The position numbers and the translations under genes were made by a program. The notes under the pieces were generated by a model. That model was not told where the DNA came from, ran no database searches, and saw only the letters and a program-made list of their open reading frames with translations. This document shows positions 8,285-16,447 of a stretch of 32,000 bases of DNA, piece after piece (within the stretch, counting starts at the first letter, position 1; each line of letters starts with the position of its first letter). Source of the stretch: Telmatocola sphagniphila (lineage in GTDB: Bacteria; Planctomycetota; Planctomycetia; Gemmatales; Gemmataceae); assembly GCF_018398935.1 (NCBI RefSeq), contig NZ_CP074694.1, positions 5,760,001 through 5,792,000 on the forward strand. Reading direction: 5' to 3'.

Positions 8285-8292
8285 GTTTACTT
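8285..8292. repeat. target-site duplication (right copy) GTTTACTT
   Basis: Identical to 6853-6860. Confidence 0.85.
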
Positions 8293-8380
8293 TTCAGCGA
8301 TATTGACCAAAAAATAACGGTTCATTAAAGGATGCTGATCCGCTGAAGCGTTCGATTGACAGATCCTCGGCGGAATTTCT

Positions 8381-8605
8381 TCAACCGATGTTGTTCTCTA
8401 ATATTGCGTTTTGCTGCCTTTGAACGACAAGATAGTTCAGAATCAGATCGCGCAGCAATCGACCTACGGAAATACCCTGTTTGTTGGCTACTACCTGCAA
8501 TGCTTCCAAACAACGATTCGATAAGAACAGCGAGAGCTCCAAATATTCTTCGTTACGGCTTGGATGCTCCCGACTAAATTGATCGCGCTCTTTATTCACC
8601 ATCAT
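8381..8605 (-). CDS. ribbon-helix-helix (CopG-like) small DNA-binding protein
   Basis: 74 aa, with GGAGAG upstream of ATGATG. The segment YLELSLFLSNRCLEALQVVANKQGISVGRLLRDLILNYL fits a beta-strand/helix/helix RHH pattern. I could find no partner toxin ORF downstream. Confidence 0.55.
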   Translation of the reverse strand: MMVNKERDQFSREHPSRNEEYLELSLFLSNRCLEALQVVANKQGISVGRLLRDLILNYLVVQRQQNAILENNIG

Positions 8606-8662
8606 CTCTCCGTATTTGTGAATCGGTTTTCGCTAGCTAGGAGCCGTCGTTCAGATAACCAC

Positions 8663-9526
8663 TTAGTTCATCGTTTTCAAAAATTCCCGCACCGTCACTG
8701 CGATCTGATCCGCGGCAGTATCGAGGGCGAAATGTCCCGCCTCGAGAAGGTGAATTTCTGACTTCGGCACATCCGCGCGATAAGCTTCCGGCTCAGAGAT
8801 ATCGAACGACGGGTCAAACCTCCCCCAGATTACGAGAAGTCGCGGTTGCCTTTCTCGCATCCAGGTTTGCCATTTCGGATAAAGATCCAAGTTGGTTCGA
8901 TAGTCGTAGAAAAGGTCGATCTGAATATCCGCCTGACCTGGCTGATTCAGAAACGCAAACTCATCCGTCCATAGATCGGGATCATATCGCTCACTATTGA
9001 GATCGCTCCCCACATGTCTGGTCCGAGCTGCCTCCAACGAGAGAAAACTTTTTCTGAACGCATCTTCATGGGCAGTTCGATTGGACCAAAACTTTCGACG
9101 AAGCTTCCAGTTTTCTCCCAGACCAGAGTTGTGTGCCACTGCATTCTGGATAATGAGTGCCTCAACCCGCTCCGGATCGACCAAAGCTATACGGAAGCCT
9201 ACGGGACTACCATAATCTTGCATGTAGAGCGTGTAGCGGGAAAGTCCCAATGCTATGCAAAAATGATGCATAATCTCAGCTAAGCGATCAAAAGTATAAC
9301 TAAAGCTTTTTCTGTCCGGGCACTCGCTGTGACCGAATCCTGGGTAATCGGGTGCAATCAAATGATAGTGATCGGCAAGTCTGCCGAAGAGCGGCTCGAA
9401 CATCCGCGAGGATGATGGAAATCCATGCAATAACAGAAGAATGGGTGCATTTTTCGGGCCCGCTTCGCGGTAGAAGATGGCCAGACCATCTACTGTGATT
9501 GTACGGTAAGTTGCATTTTGGGACAT
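8663..9526 (-). CDS. alpha/beta hydrolase (epoxide hydrolase / haloalkane dehalogenase-like, Asp nucleophile)
   Basis: The ORF is 8663..9649; the likely start is the ATG at 9526 (MSQNATYRTITVDG), preceded by AAGGAG. It has the HGFP oxyanion motif (LLLHGFPSS), the nucleophile elbow MQDYGSPVG and the C-terminal EAGHFALD. It is a paralogue of 17223..18191. Confidence 0.85.
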   Translation of the reverse strand: MSQNATYRTITVDGLAIFYREAGPKNAPILLLLHGFPSSSRMFEPLFGRLADHYHLIAPDYPGFGHSECPDRKSFSYTFDRLAEIMHHFCIALGLSRYTLYMQDYGSPVGFRIALVDPERVEALIIQNAVAHNSGLGENWKLRRKFWSNRTAHEDAFRKSFLSLEAARTRHVGSDLNSERYDPDLWTDEFAFLNQPGQADIQIDLFYDYRTNLDLYPKWQTWMRERQPRLLVIWGRFDPSFDISEPEAYRADVPKSEIHLLEAGHFALDTAADQIAVTVREFLKTMN

Positions 9527-9733
9527 CCTGGACTCCTTACCTTGTACCAGAGACATAAAGAACTTATCAACTACCCAAAGAGGCCTCGAAAATCTTCTAT
9601 CGAAACACCACTCCCTCTCAGGTTGCAAAATTCGTTTTAAATAATTCAAAAGACGCAGGTATCGATGACAATTTTTGTAATTACGGGAACGAATTTATCC
9701 AAATGACAGGGAGTAGGTGGACTATGGCCGATT

Positions 9734-10348
9734 TCAGGGGGCACGATGGGTAAAAACAAAGTCATAATTTTTGAATTTTGCGTCGCGGGAGTGGCACTCG
9801 AAACAGCTTTTGTGTTGTGCCTCGCTAGCGGGTTTGCCATCGATAAATCGACCGAAGCCCCATCCACCTGTTTCTGCATATTTCTTCGAATCTTTAACCA
9901 TAACCTCAACCATGGTCGAGGGACCCGCAACAAACACATTTTCAAATCCACTTAACGATTCACGCTTCCAGGTGAGCTTGACGAGAGTTGACCCATCTGG
10001 AAAAGGAATCGTCTTGTCTTGATAGGCCTTGGTCGAGAGCTCGTTTCCTAAAATACCTTTGAGTACGTTTCTGCCCGAATCCTGGGACACGGAAATTAAT
10101 TCCCAATGCCGATAACCATCGGGTATGCTTACTCCGAAAATGGGTGAGGTTGATTCATCGGCATGGTTTGCCGAAACGGGTATGGAATTCGATACTGCCG
10201 CAGGTGTTTTTTCTTGTTCATTCACGGCATCTTCAAGACTGTCTGTTCTGGATGCCACGCATCCCGCTGTGAAGAGTTGCATGGTGACGATCAGCACTGC
10301 GGCTGCGCCTGGAAACTTGCCATAGTGGAATTTGCGATGTTTAAACAC
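9734..10348 (-). CDS. cytochrome P460-family protein, probable lipoprotein
   Basis: GTG start with GAGGAG upstream. The N-terminal hydrophobic segment ends in TAGC, a possible lipobox. The C-terminal GGWGFGRF...CFECH carries a CxxCH heme site, in the pattern I associate with the Cytochrome_P460 family. Confidence 0.7.
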   Translation of the reverse strand: MFKHRKFHYGKFPGAAAVLIVTMQLFTAGCVASRTDSLEDAVNEQEKTPAAVSNSIPVSANHADESTSPIFGVSIPDGYRHWELISVSQDSGRNVLKGILGNELSTKAYQDKTIPFPDGSTLVKLTWKRESLSGFENVFVAGPSTMVEVMVKDSKKYAETGGWGFGRFIDGKPASEAQHKSCFECHSRDAKFKNYDFVFTHRAP

Positions 10349-10425
10349 TGGAAAATCTCCTCGGATAAAAAAGTCGAAAATTAAAAATGAGGATTAGCGA
10401 ATCCTCGCATTCTGATGAGTCGAGT

Positions 10426-10902
10426 TTAGACGAGGTTAATCTCCACTCCAACGTTTCCTTTGACGGCTTTGGAATAAGGACAATTCAGATGAGCCGCGTT
10501 TACCAACGTCAAAGCGACCTTGTGATCCAAATCTGGAAGAGAGATATTGAGCCGAGCCTGGAGGAAGAAGCCCTTATCGCTTGAACACAAGTCCACTTCC
10601 GCCTCAATGGCTAGTTCTTCTGGGATGGTAATCTTCATCTTGCGTGCTATGATCGCCATTGCCCCTTCGAAGCTAGCAGACCAACAGGCGGCGAACAGTT
10701 GCTCTGGATTAGTACCTATGCCTCCGGACTCAGGTCGCGAATATTTGACATCGAGTCGACCATCCGAACTGCGGGATGCACCTTCCCGACCACACGTGGT
10801 GACCACTCTTGCCGTGTACAAGACTTCTTTTCTAGTGCGAATCGGAGAGGATTTTCTTGACTCCATGGGGTCGAAACCATTTTCGTATTTTTGTGCGATC
10901 AT
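10426..10902 (-). CDS. ohr: Ohr-family (OsmC/Ohr) organic hydroperoxide resistance protein, atypical Cys placement
   Basis: AAGGAA lies 6 nt upstream of the ATG. The sequence VLYTARVVTTCGREGASRSSDGRLDVKYSRPESGGIGTNPEQLFAACWSASFEGA...AHLNCPYSKAVKGNVGVEINLV aligns with Ohr (GGRDG, TNPEQLFAAGYSACF, CPYS). Relative to typical Ohr it has an N-terminal extension of about 25 aa. Confidence 0.85.
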   Translation of the reverse strand: MIAQKYENGFDPMESRKSSPIRTRKEVLYTARVVTTCGREGASRSSDGRLDVKYSRPESGGIGTNPEQLFAACWSASFEGAMAIIARKMKITIPEELAIEAEVDLCSSDKGFFLQARLNISLPDLDHKVALTLVNAAHLNCPYSKAVKGNVGVEINLV

Positions 10903-11396
10903 TTTCTATTCCTTCAATGTTTGCGAATTCCTTCTGCTATTCATAAGCGGGATGGGTTAACAAAATAATTGATGGAAACCAAATCGTTGGTTCTGGACTT
11001 GATCTCACGAATTTCAAATACTTTGAAGGCTGAAAAATCACTGTGCGGATGCTTAAGAGTACTAAGGTGGAAACTCACCAGTCAATCTAACCCTAACGTT
11101 GAAGGAATATTCTGCTCGTGTCCGGATGACGAACACCCTTATTGTCTGGCGATTTATCCGGGTGGTTTTTAATCATCAGGAGTCTGAGTCATGTCGATGT
11201 GTCGTAAGCTGGATTCGCGATGGGAAGCGTTTAGGCGAGAGCCCAACTGTTCCGGCAGTACCTCTACGATGGCGATATCGCGAGCAATTCGTCCAGTTGG
11301 CAGTGGGTCGAAGGCACGTTTTCCTCCAAGCCCTATTTTGCCAACAAAGACAACATTGCCAAGTTCAGCGGCGGCCGCTGGTGCAACACCTGTCGG

Positions 11397-12014
11397 GTGA
11401 AATGTCCGTTCGAAGCGGATTATCCCACTCTTCAGCATCGATTGTTTACCGGTTCCTCGGCTCCGATGGCCACTCCGACTCCTGCAGCGGAATCGAAGCG
11501 AGTTGAACTTTCGGCGACCGATATCGTAAAACGCCTTGGGCCGCTCCCGCCGGCCTCCGATCTGGTGTGGGTACACGACGCGGCCATGTCCTGGGAGGAT
11601 CCGGCTCTCAAAGCGAATCCCGAAGCGGCCGTGGCGTTTGTCTTCGACGAGCCGGCATTGCGGGCGGAGCCGTGGGCCTATCATCGACTGGCATTCGTGC
11701 TGGAGGGCTTGGAAGATCTCTTCGAGCATCTGCTGAACCCCACGAAACTGGTGCTCGTCGGCGATCCCGCCGAGCAACTTGCAGTCCTCGCCAACGCTCT
11801 CGGGGCGTCTACGGTTCACTTCTCGGAGCATCCGAACCCAACGGTGCTGGAAACCGCGATTCAGTTACAGAAAGGGAGCAAGGTTATCGTGCACTCCCGG
11901 CCGGTGTTTGCAGAGTACTCGCAGGAGCCCAAGCGTTTCTCGCGATACTGGGAACTTGTAGCTCCGCAGGTGTTGGGTTATCGGCCGAAATCCGCCAAAC
12001 GGATGCACCAGTGA
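11397..12014 (+). CDS. photolyase/cryptochrome N-terminal alpha/beta-domain-like protein; only this domain present (possibly a truncated gene); start uncertain (ATG 11466 also possible)
   Basis: There is a strong G/C bias at third codon positions in this frame. DLVWVHDAAMSWEDPAL...AVAFVFDEP...HRLAFVLEGLEDLFEHL...LVLVGDPAEQLAVLANALGASTVHF...FSRYW follows the order of conserved blocks in the photolyase N-terminal domain (LVWFRxDLRxxDNxAL...). No FAD-binding helical domain follows in any frame. Confidence 0.45.
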   Translation: MKCPFEADYPTLQHRLFTGSSAPMATPTPAAESKRVELSATDIVKRLGPLPPASDLVWVHDAAMSWEDPALKANPEAAVAFVFDEPALRAEPWAYHRLAFVLEGLEDLFEHLLNPTKLVLVGDPAEQLAVLANALGASTVHFSEHPNPTVLETAIQLQKGSKVIVHSRPVFAEYSQEPKRFSRYWELVAPQVLGYRPKSAKRMHQ

Positions 12015-12686
12015 ATCTTTCCATGCGATCGGACTAGCGTGATGCACGGTTGTAAGGTCCGCAGGTATGACTTCCAGATCCCTGAATAGAGCGATGACTT
12101 TCTGAACCTGTTCCAAAGATTAATGAGCTGGTCGGAATGTTGGCTCGCGAACTTCGCAATTAGCAAAGCATCCTCGGATGCATCTACCGCTTGTCCAATC
12201 TATATTAACGTTAATACAGATTGAAGTACGAACCATCTGTAGCCCTTTTAGGTAGTCACCCATCTGAGGTTTTGAGTTTCGACCTAAATAGTCCATACGA
12301 CTTTCTGAGGCTACGGAACCTGGAATTCGCTTCGCAAACGGAATACGGTGAGGGTTCAACAATTCGGATAATTGATACTCTGAAATGTGGTCAAGGGGCA
12401 ACACTTGTCTCGCCAATCTAACCGTTTTGAATTTGGCTTGTCAGGCTCTCAGCAACCCTTCGGACGATTAGCAGTTGTTCAGCGATATACCTGCCGCTTC
12501 AGACTCCAAACCGACCCAATTCTGTCAGTGATAAGGCTGAATTACTTGACGAAATAATGCCCGAGCCTTGTATCCGGTAGGGAATCAAAGGCCTTACGAT
12601 CTTGTGGGATTAACTGCGCATGGCTGCGTAAAGGCCCCGGGAGTACAATTATTTTGACTCCACAGTGTTCAATTCGAGAAATCAAA

Positions 12687-13314
12687 ATGGACGCGGAATG
12701 CACTACTGCTGCTGTCCAACGCTACCTTGATAAACTGGCTTGTGAGGCCTCAGCGGAACCGGTTATACGTGCTTTACTGGACCGGGAAGTCCGTCGTCTT
12801 AATAATCTATGCACGTCGCTACTTTATCGAAGTTATCTTCGTTTGACCCGAGCCCCGCTGAATCTGCACCCGAATGAATTGCTCAGCGCGGTGGTCGAAG
12901 GCCTCCTCAAAGCCATGAGCGAGGCCCGCCCTCCAAAAGTGCACCAGTTCTTCGCATTGGCTGGTCAGCATATGCGATGGGAATTGAATGATCTGGCCCG
13001 ACGCTTAGATAATCGACGCTTGGCAGTGGAACTGCAGGCTGCTCAGATACCTGCCTTGGTGGATAGCGGTTCTGGTCTTTCACCGAATTGCCTGCAGATT
13101 CTAGCTACAATCGATTGCCTTACCCGAACCAGAACGTGAGGCCTTCGATTTAGCGAAAATTCGAGGAATGAGCCAAGTGGAAGTCGTAGAGATCCTAGGC
13201 GTTTCAGGTATGACTGTCAATCGATGGTTAAATCGGAGCTTGCATTTGCTAACTGAGGCTCTGGGTGACCTTCGCCCCATTAGAAATAATCGCGATCAAT
13301 CGGAGCTACCTTAA
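12687..13314 (+). pseudogene. ECF-type sigma factor, disrupted by a 1-nt insertion (paralogue of 214..831)
   Basis: Frame 1 (ATG 12687, MDAECTTAAVQRYLDKLA...) stops at 13137-13139. The sigma-4 region continues in the +1 frame from 13120 to TAA 13312-13314 (LPEPEREAFDLAKIRGMSQVEVVEILGVSGMTVNRWLNRSLHLLTEALGDLRP). In the paralogue the junction is a single frame (AIENLPEDEREAFD). Here GAT TGC C TTA CCC has one extra base at 13116-13119. Confidence 0.8.
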
Positions 13315-13375
13315 TCGGTATGCAATCCGTTGTGTATCGGGTCAATGACGTTAATAGTCTTTTGGGAGATTGTAA

Positions 13376-16300
13376 ATGGTCGAGGACCCCCGAATCCAGC
13401 AAATGTTGGACGTCCTGCTTGATTCACGGTTGACTCCGGAAGAGGTTTGCAGCACTTGCCCCGAACTTCTTCCCCAGGTTCGTGAACGCTGGCGGCGATT
13501 GCGCTTGGTTCAGGATGAAGTAGATGCTTTGTTTCCACCACAGTCTGAGGAATTCGCCACAATACCCAGGGAGCAATTCGATTCCAAAGCCCTCCCACAA
13601 GTTTCGGGTTACGAGTTAGTGACAATTCTTGGCCGGGGGGGCATGGGTATCGTTTTCCGAGCTAGGCACTTACGCCTCAACCGCGTCGTGGCCTTGAAGA
13701 TGGCACTTTCGGGAGCTTACGCGGCTCCGAATGAGCGACAGCGCTTCCAACGGGAAGCTGAGGCGGTGGCGGGGTTGCGCCATGCAAACATTGTCCAAAT
13801 CTATGACGTCGGCGATTTTGAAGGCCAGCCTTATTTCACCATGGAATTAATCGAGGGTGGCAGCCTTGCCCAGAAGTTAGAGGGTGCACCCCAATCCATA
13901 CGAGGTTCCGCAGCGCTTGTGGCAACATTGGCCGAGGCAGTGCAAGCTGCCCATGAAAATGGAATAATCCACCGCGACCTCAAACCAGCTAATATTCTCC
14001 TCACCACTGATGGCAGCCCTAAAATTACCGATTTTGGTGTAGCTCGAAGGTTGGAAGATGAAACTCGACTCACGCTGAGCGGTATCGCGGTAGGGACTCC
14101 CAGCTACATGGCGCCGGAACAGGCCAGTGGCGAGTTACTCGCCGTAGTACCTGCGGTCGACATCTATGCTCTGGGGGCAATCCTGTATGAGCTTTTGACG
14201 GGTCGTCCGCCCTTCAAAGCAGAGACGGCTGCGGAAACGATTCAGCAGGTAATCTCTCAAGATCCAATATCTCCTTCACGGTTGAACGCAAAACTGCCTC
14301 GCGAGCTAGAGACCATTTGCTTGAAGTGCTTGCATAAGGAATCCCGTCAGCGATACTTATCTGCAGGCGCTTTAGCGAAAGACCTTCACAGCTTCCTTCT
14401 TGGCGAGGCTATCATGGCGCGCCCGGAGAGTCTATTGGCAAGGCTGGCCCGCCGCATCCGACGCCGACCGGCTTTTTTCTCAACTGTTGCGATATTTATA
14501 CTGGTCACAAGTACATTTCTAGTTGGCGGAATCTGGATGCTTTCTGATCGTTGGGCGGCAGAAAAAGTAGCGGCGGCGGAGCGTGTAAAAATTGAGAGCG
14601 ATGTGGATGAACTACTTAGAGAAGCGGTTCGACTCCTTAAAAAATCTTCTGTAGGAGAAAGTCGCTCCGCGCTAGAAATGGCCAAGGTACGTCTCGGCGC
14701 TCTCGACTCTCTCGATCTCCATCAACGCATAAATCAACTAAACCTCGAGCTGGATTTGATACGTCGGGTCGAAGCCATTCGACTCGTTGAGGTGATATCT
14801 GGCAAGGGTAAGATCAACTTTGCTAGTTCGGATGAAAAATACCGGACGCTTTTTCAGGAAGCCGGATTTGGCCAACTCCATGAAAGTACGGCAAACATTG
14901 CCGAACGAGTAAAGGGCTCAAATATCCGAGAAACGCTCGTTGCGGCTCTCGATGACTGGGCCGCCTGCACAGAGAATTTGGCACGTCGAAGGTGGTTGCT
15001 GGAGGTGGCCATGTTGGCAGACCCAGCCCCGACGGACTGGTGTGTCCAGGCTCGTCGCCCAGCTACCTGGGACAGTAAGGCGACCCTCACGGAAGTGCTC
15101 GCGATAGCCCCCGTGGACAAACAATCAGTAGGACTGCTATTGGCGCTCGAGAAGCGCTTGCACGCGGTCGGTGGGGACTCTTTTAAGTTCTTGAAGAGGA
15201 TCCAACTGGCGATGCCGAACGATTTTTACGCCAATGAAAGGTTGGCAACGGCGATAGCCGATCGAGAGGAAAAGCCTCAGGAGTCCTATCGCTATTTTCA
15301 AGCGGCGTTGGCGATTCAGCCCGAGATAGCCGCCCTCTACAATAATTTTGGAATGGCGTTGCACAAGGATGGCAGGTTTGAGGAGAGTCAAGATTACTTA
15401 ATGAAGGCTCTAGAGATCGAGCCAAATTCCTACGGTTTTCATTACAATACCTCTTACAATTTAGCCGCCTTGCATCGGTTCCAAGAATCCCTCACCCATG
15501 TCGAATTTTGCCTTCGAAACGGCCCTGACACGGCTCTCCTTGAGTTACTTCGTGGAAAGTGTCTGGAAGCCCAGGGCAAAATTAGCGAAACAATCAGTGC
15601 GTACCAACGTGCCACACGCCTCGATCCGAACCTGTCGGTCGCCCACTACGCCTTGCGTGTCACCTTCATGAATCTTGGACGAATGGAAGAATCGAGGAAA
15701 GCCTGGGCGAAACAGCTCGAACTCGACCCGCCCGATCATGGGAGTTGGTACGGGTATGCCGAGTTCTGCCTCTATCTCGGCCAGAAGGAAGAGTACCAGA
15801 TTGCTCGGAAAGCTTTACTTGCAAAATTCGGGTCGGATACCGATCCTTATATCGCAGAGAGGACGGCCCGAGCCTGTATGCTACTCCCTTCATCCAAAGA
15901 AGAACTTGGGCAGGCGATCGCTCTGGCGGACCGAGCCGCGGCCGCGGACCGCTCGATACACCAGGGAGCCTATCCGGCCTTCCAATTCGTCAAGGGCCTG
16001 GCAGAATACCGCCAGGGACGGTTCGACCAGGCGATTGCCATAATGCGGGGAACTGCTTCTCGGGTGCCTGCTCCTTCTCCTCGATTCGTTTTGGCCATGG
16101 CCCTCTATCGAACCGGACAGCTACCGGAAGCCCGAAAAGCGCTCGCGCAGGCAATCGTGTCTTTCGATTGGCGTGCGAATCAGATACGCCACTACGATGC
16201 TTGGATTTTCCACAATCTTCGCCGGGAAGCCGAGAGCTTGATCTTACCGAACCTCCCCGAATTCCTAGAGGGTAAATACCAACCGCAACACAACGACGAG

Positions 16301-16447
16301 CGGCTCGCATACTCTGGAATCTGTCAATTCACCAATCGCTCATTCGCCTTAGCACGCCTTTACTCCGACGTCTTTGCCGCCGATTCAAAAATCGCCGAGG
16401 ATATCCACATCGACCACCGTTTTAGAGCGGCCTGTGCTGCGGCTTAA
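13376..16447 (+). CDS. membrane Ser/Thr protein kinase with extracytoplasmic TPR-rich domain (terminated by an in-frame TAA)
   Basis: GGGAG (13364-13368) lies upstream of the ATG. The kinase motifs are LGRGGMGIVF, VALKM, HRDLKPANILL, DFG and SYMAPE. A single TM segment follows (FFSTVAIFILVTSTFLVGGIWML). After it come about 550 aa with TPR-like repeats (e.g. YNNFGMALHKDGRFEESQDYLMKALEIEPN). Confidence 0.9.
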   Translation: MVEDPRIQQMLDVLLDSRLTPEEVCSTCPELLPQVRERWRRLRLVQDEVDALFPPQSEEFATIPREQFDSKALPQVSGYELVTILGRGGMGIVFRARHLRLNRVVALKMALSGAYAAPNERQRFQREAEAVAGLRHANIVQIYDVGDFEGQPYFTMELIEGGSLAQKLEGAPQSIRGSAALVATLAEAVQAAHENGIIHRDLKPANILLTTDGSPKITDFGVARRLEDETRLTLSGIAVGTPSYMAPEQASGELLAVVPAVDIYALGAILYELLTGRPPFKAETAAETIQQVISQDPISPSRLNAKLPRELETICLKCLHKESRQRYLSAGALAKDLHSFLLGEAIMARPESLLARLARRIRRRPAFFSTVAIFILVTSTFLVGGIWMLSDRWAAEKVAAAERVKIESDVDELLREAVRLLKKSSVGESRSALEMAKVRLGALDSLDLHQRINQLNLELDLIRRVEAIRLVEVISGKGKINFASSDEKYRTLFQEAGFGQLHESTANIAERVKGSNIRETLVAALDDWAACTENLARRRWLLEVAMLADPAPTDWCVQARRPATWDSKATLTEVLAIAPVDKQSVGLLLALEKRLHAVGGDSFKFLKRIQLAMPNDFYANERLATAIADREEKPQESYRYFQAALAIQPEIAALYNNFGMALHKDGRFEESQDYLMKALEIEPNSYGFHYNTSYNLAALHRFQESLTHVEFCLRNGPDTALLELLRGKCLEAQGKISETISAYQRATRLDPNLSVAHYALRVTFMNLGRMEESRKAWAKQLELDPPDHGSWYGYAEFCLYLGQKEEYQIARKALLAKFGSDTDPYIAERTARACMLLPSSKEELGQAIALADRAAAADRSIHQGAYPAFQFVKGLAEYRQGRFDQAIAIMRGTASRVPAPSPRFVLAMALYRTGQLPEARKALAQAIVSFDWRANQIRHYDAWIFHNLRREAESLILPNLPEFLEGKYQPQHNDERLAYSGICQFTNRSFALARLYSDVFAADSKIAEDIHIDHRFRAACAAA

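Noticed and set aside
10969-11172. 67-aa plus-strand ORF (METKSLVLDLISR...CSCPDDEHPYC)
   Set aside because: There is no SD, no family resemblance and a short AT-rich context. The evidence is insufficient.
11169-11831. 220-aa minus-strand ORF; its last 89 codons (from ATG 11438) contain RDIAIVEV, faintly like the Asp block of trypsin-like proteases
   Set aside because: Most of it is antisense to the plus-strand ORF, which has strong GC3 bias and photolyase-like blocks. The remainder shows no clear codon bias, the motif match is too weak, and no His or Ser catalytic blocks are present.
12015-12420. Minus-strand ORFs 12120..12416, 11978..12166 and 11865..12116; I considered a frameshifted PIN/VapC toxin or recombinase remnant
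   Set aside because: The candidate PIN-like segments occur in the wrong order for the fold, no acidic catalytic residues could be placed, and no partner antitoxin is present. This was pattern matching without support.
16445-16447. Recoding (selenocysteine or pyrrolysine) as an explanation for the in-frame stop in the kinase
   Set aside because: The codon is TAA. Sec uses TGA and Pyl uses TAG.
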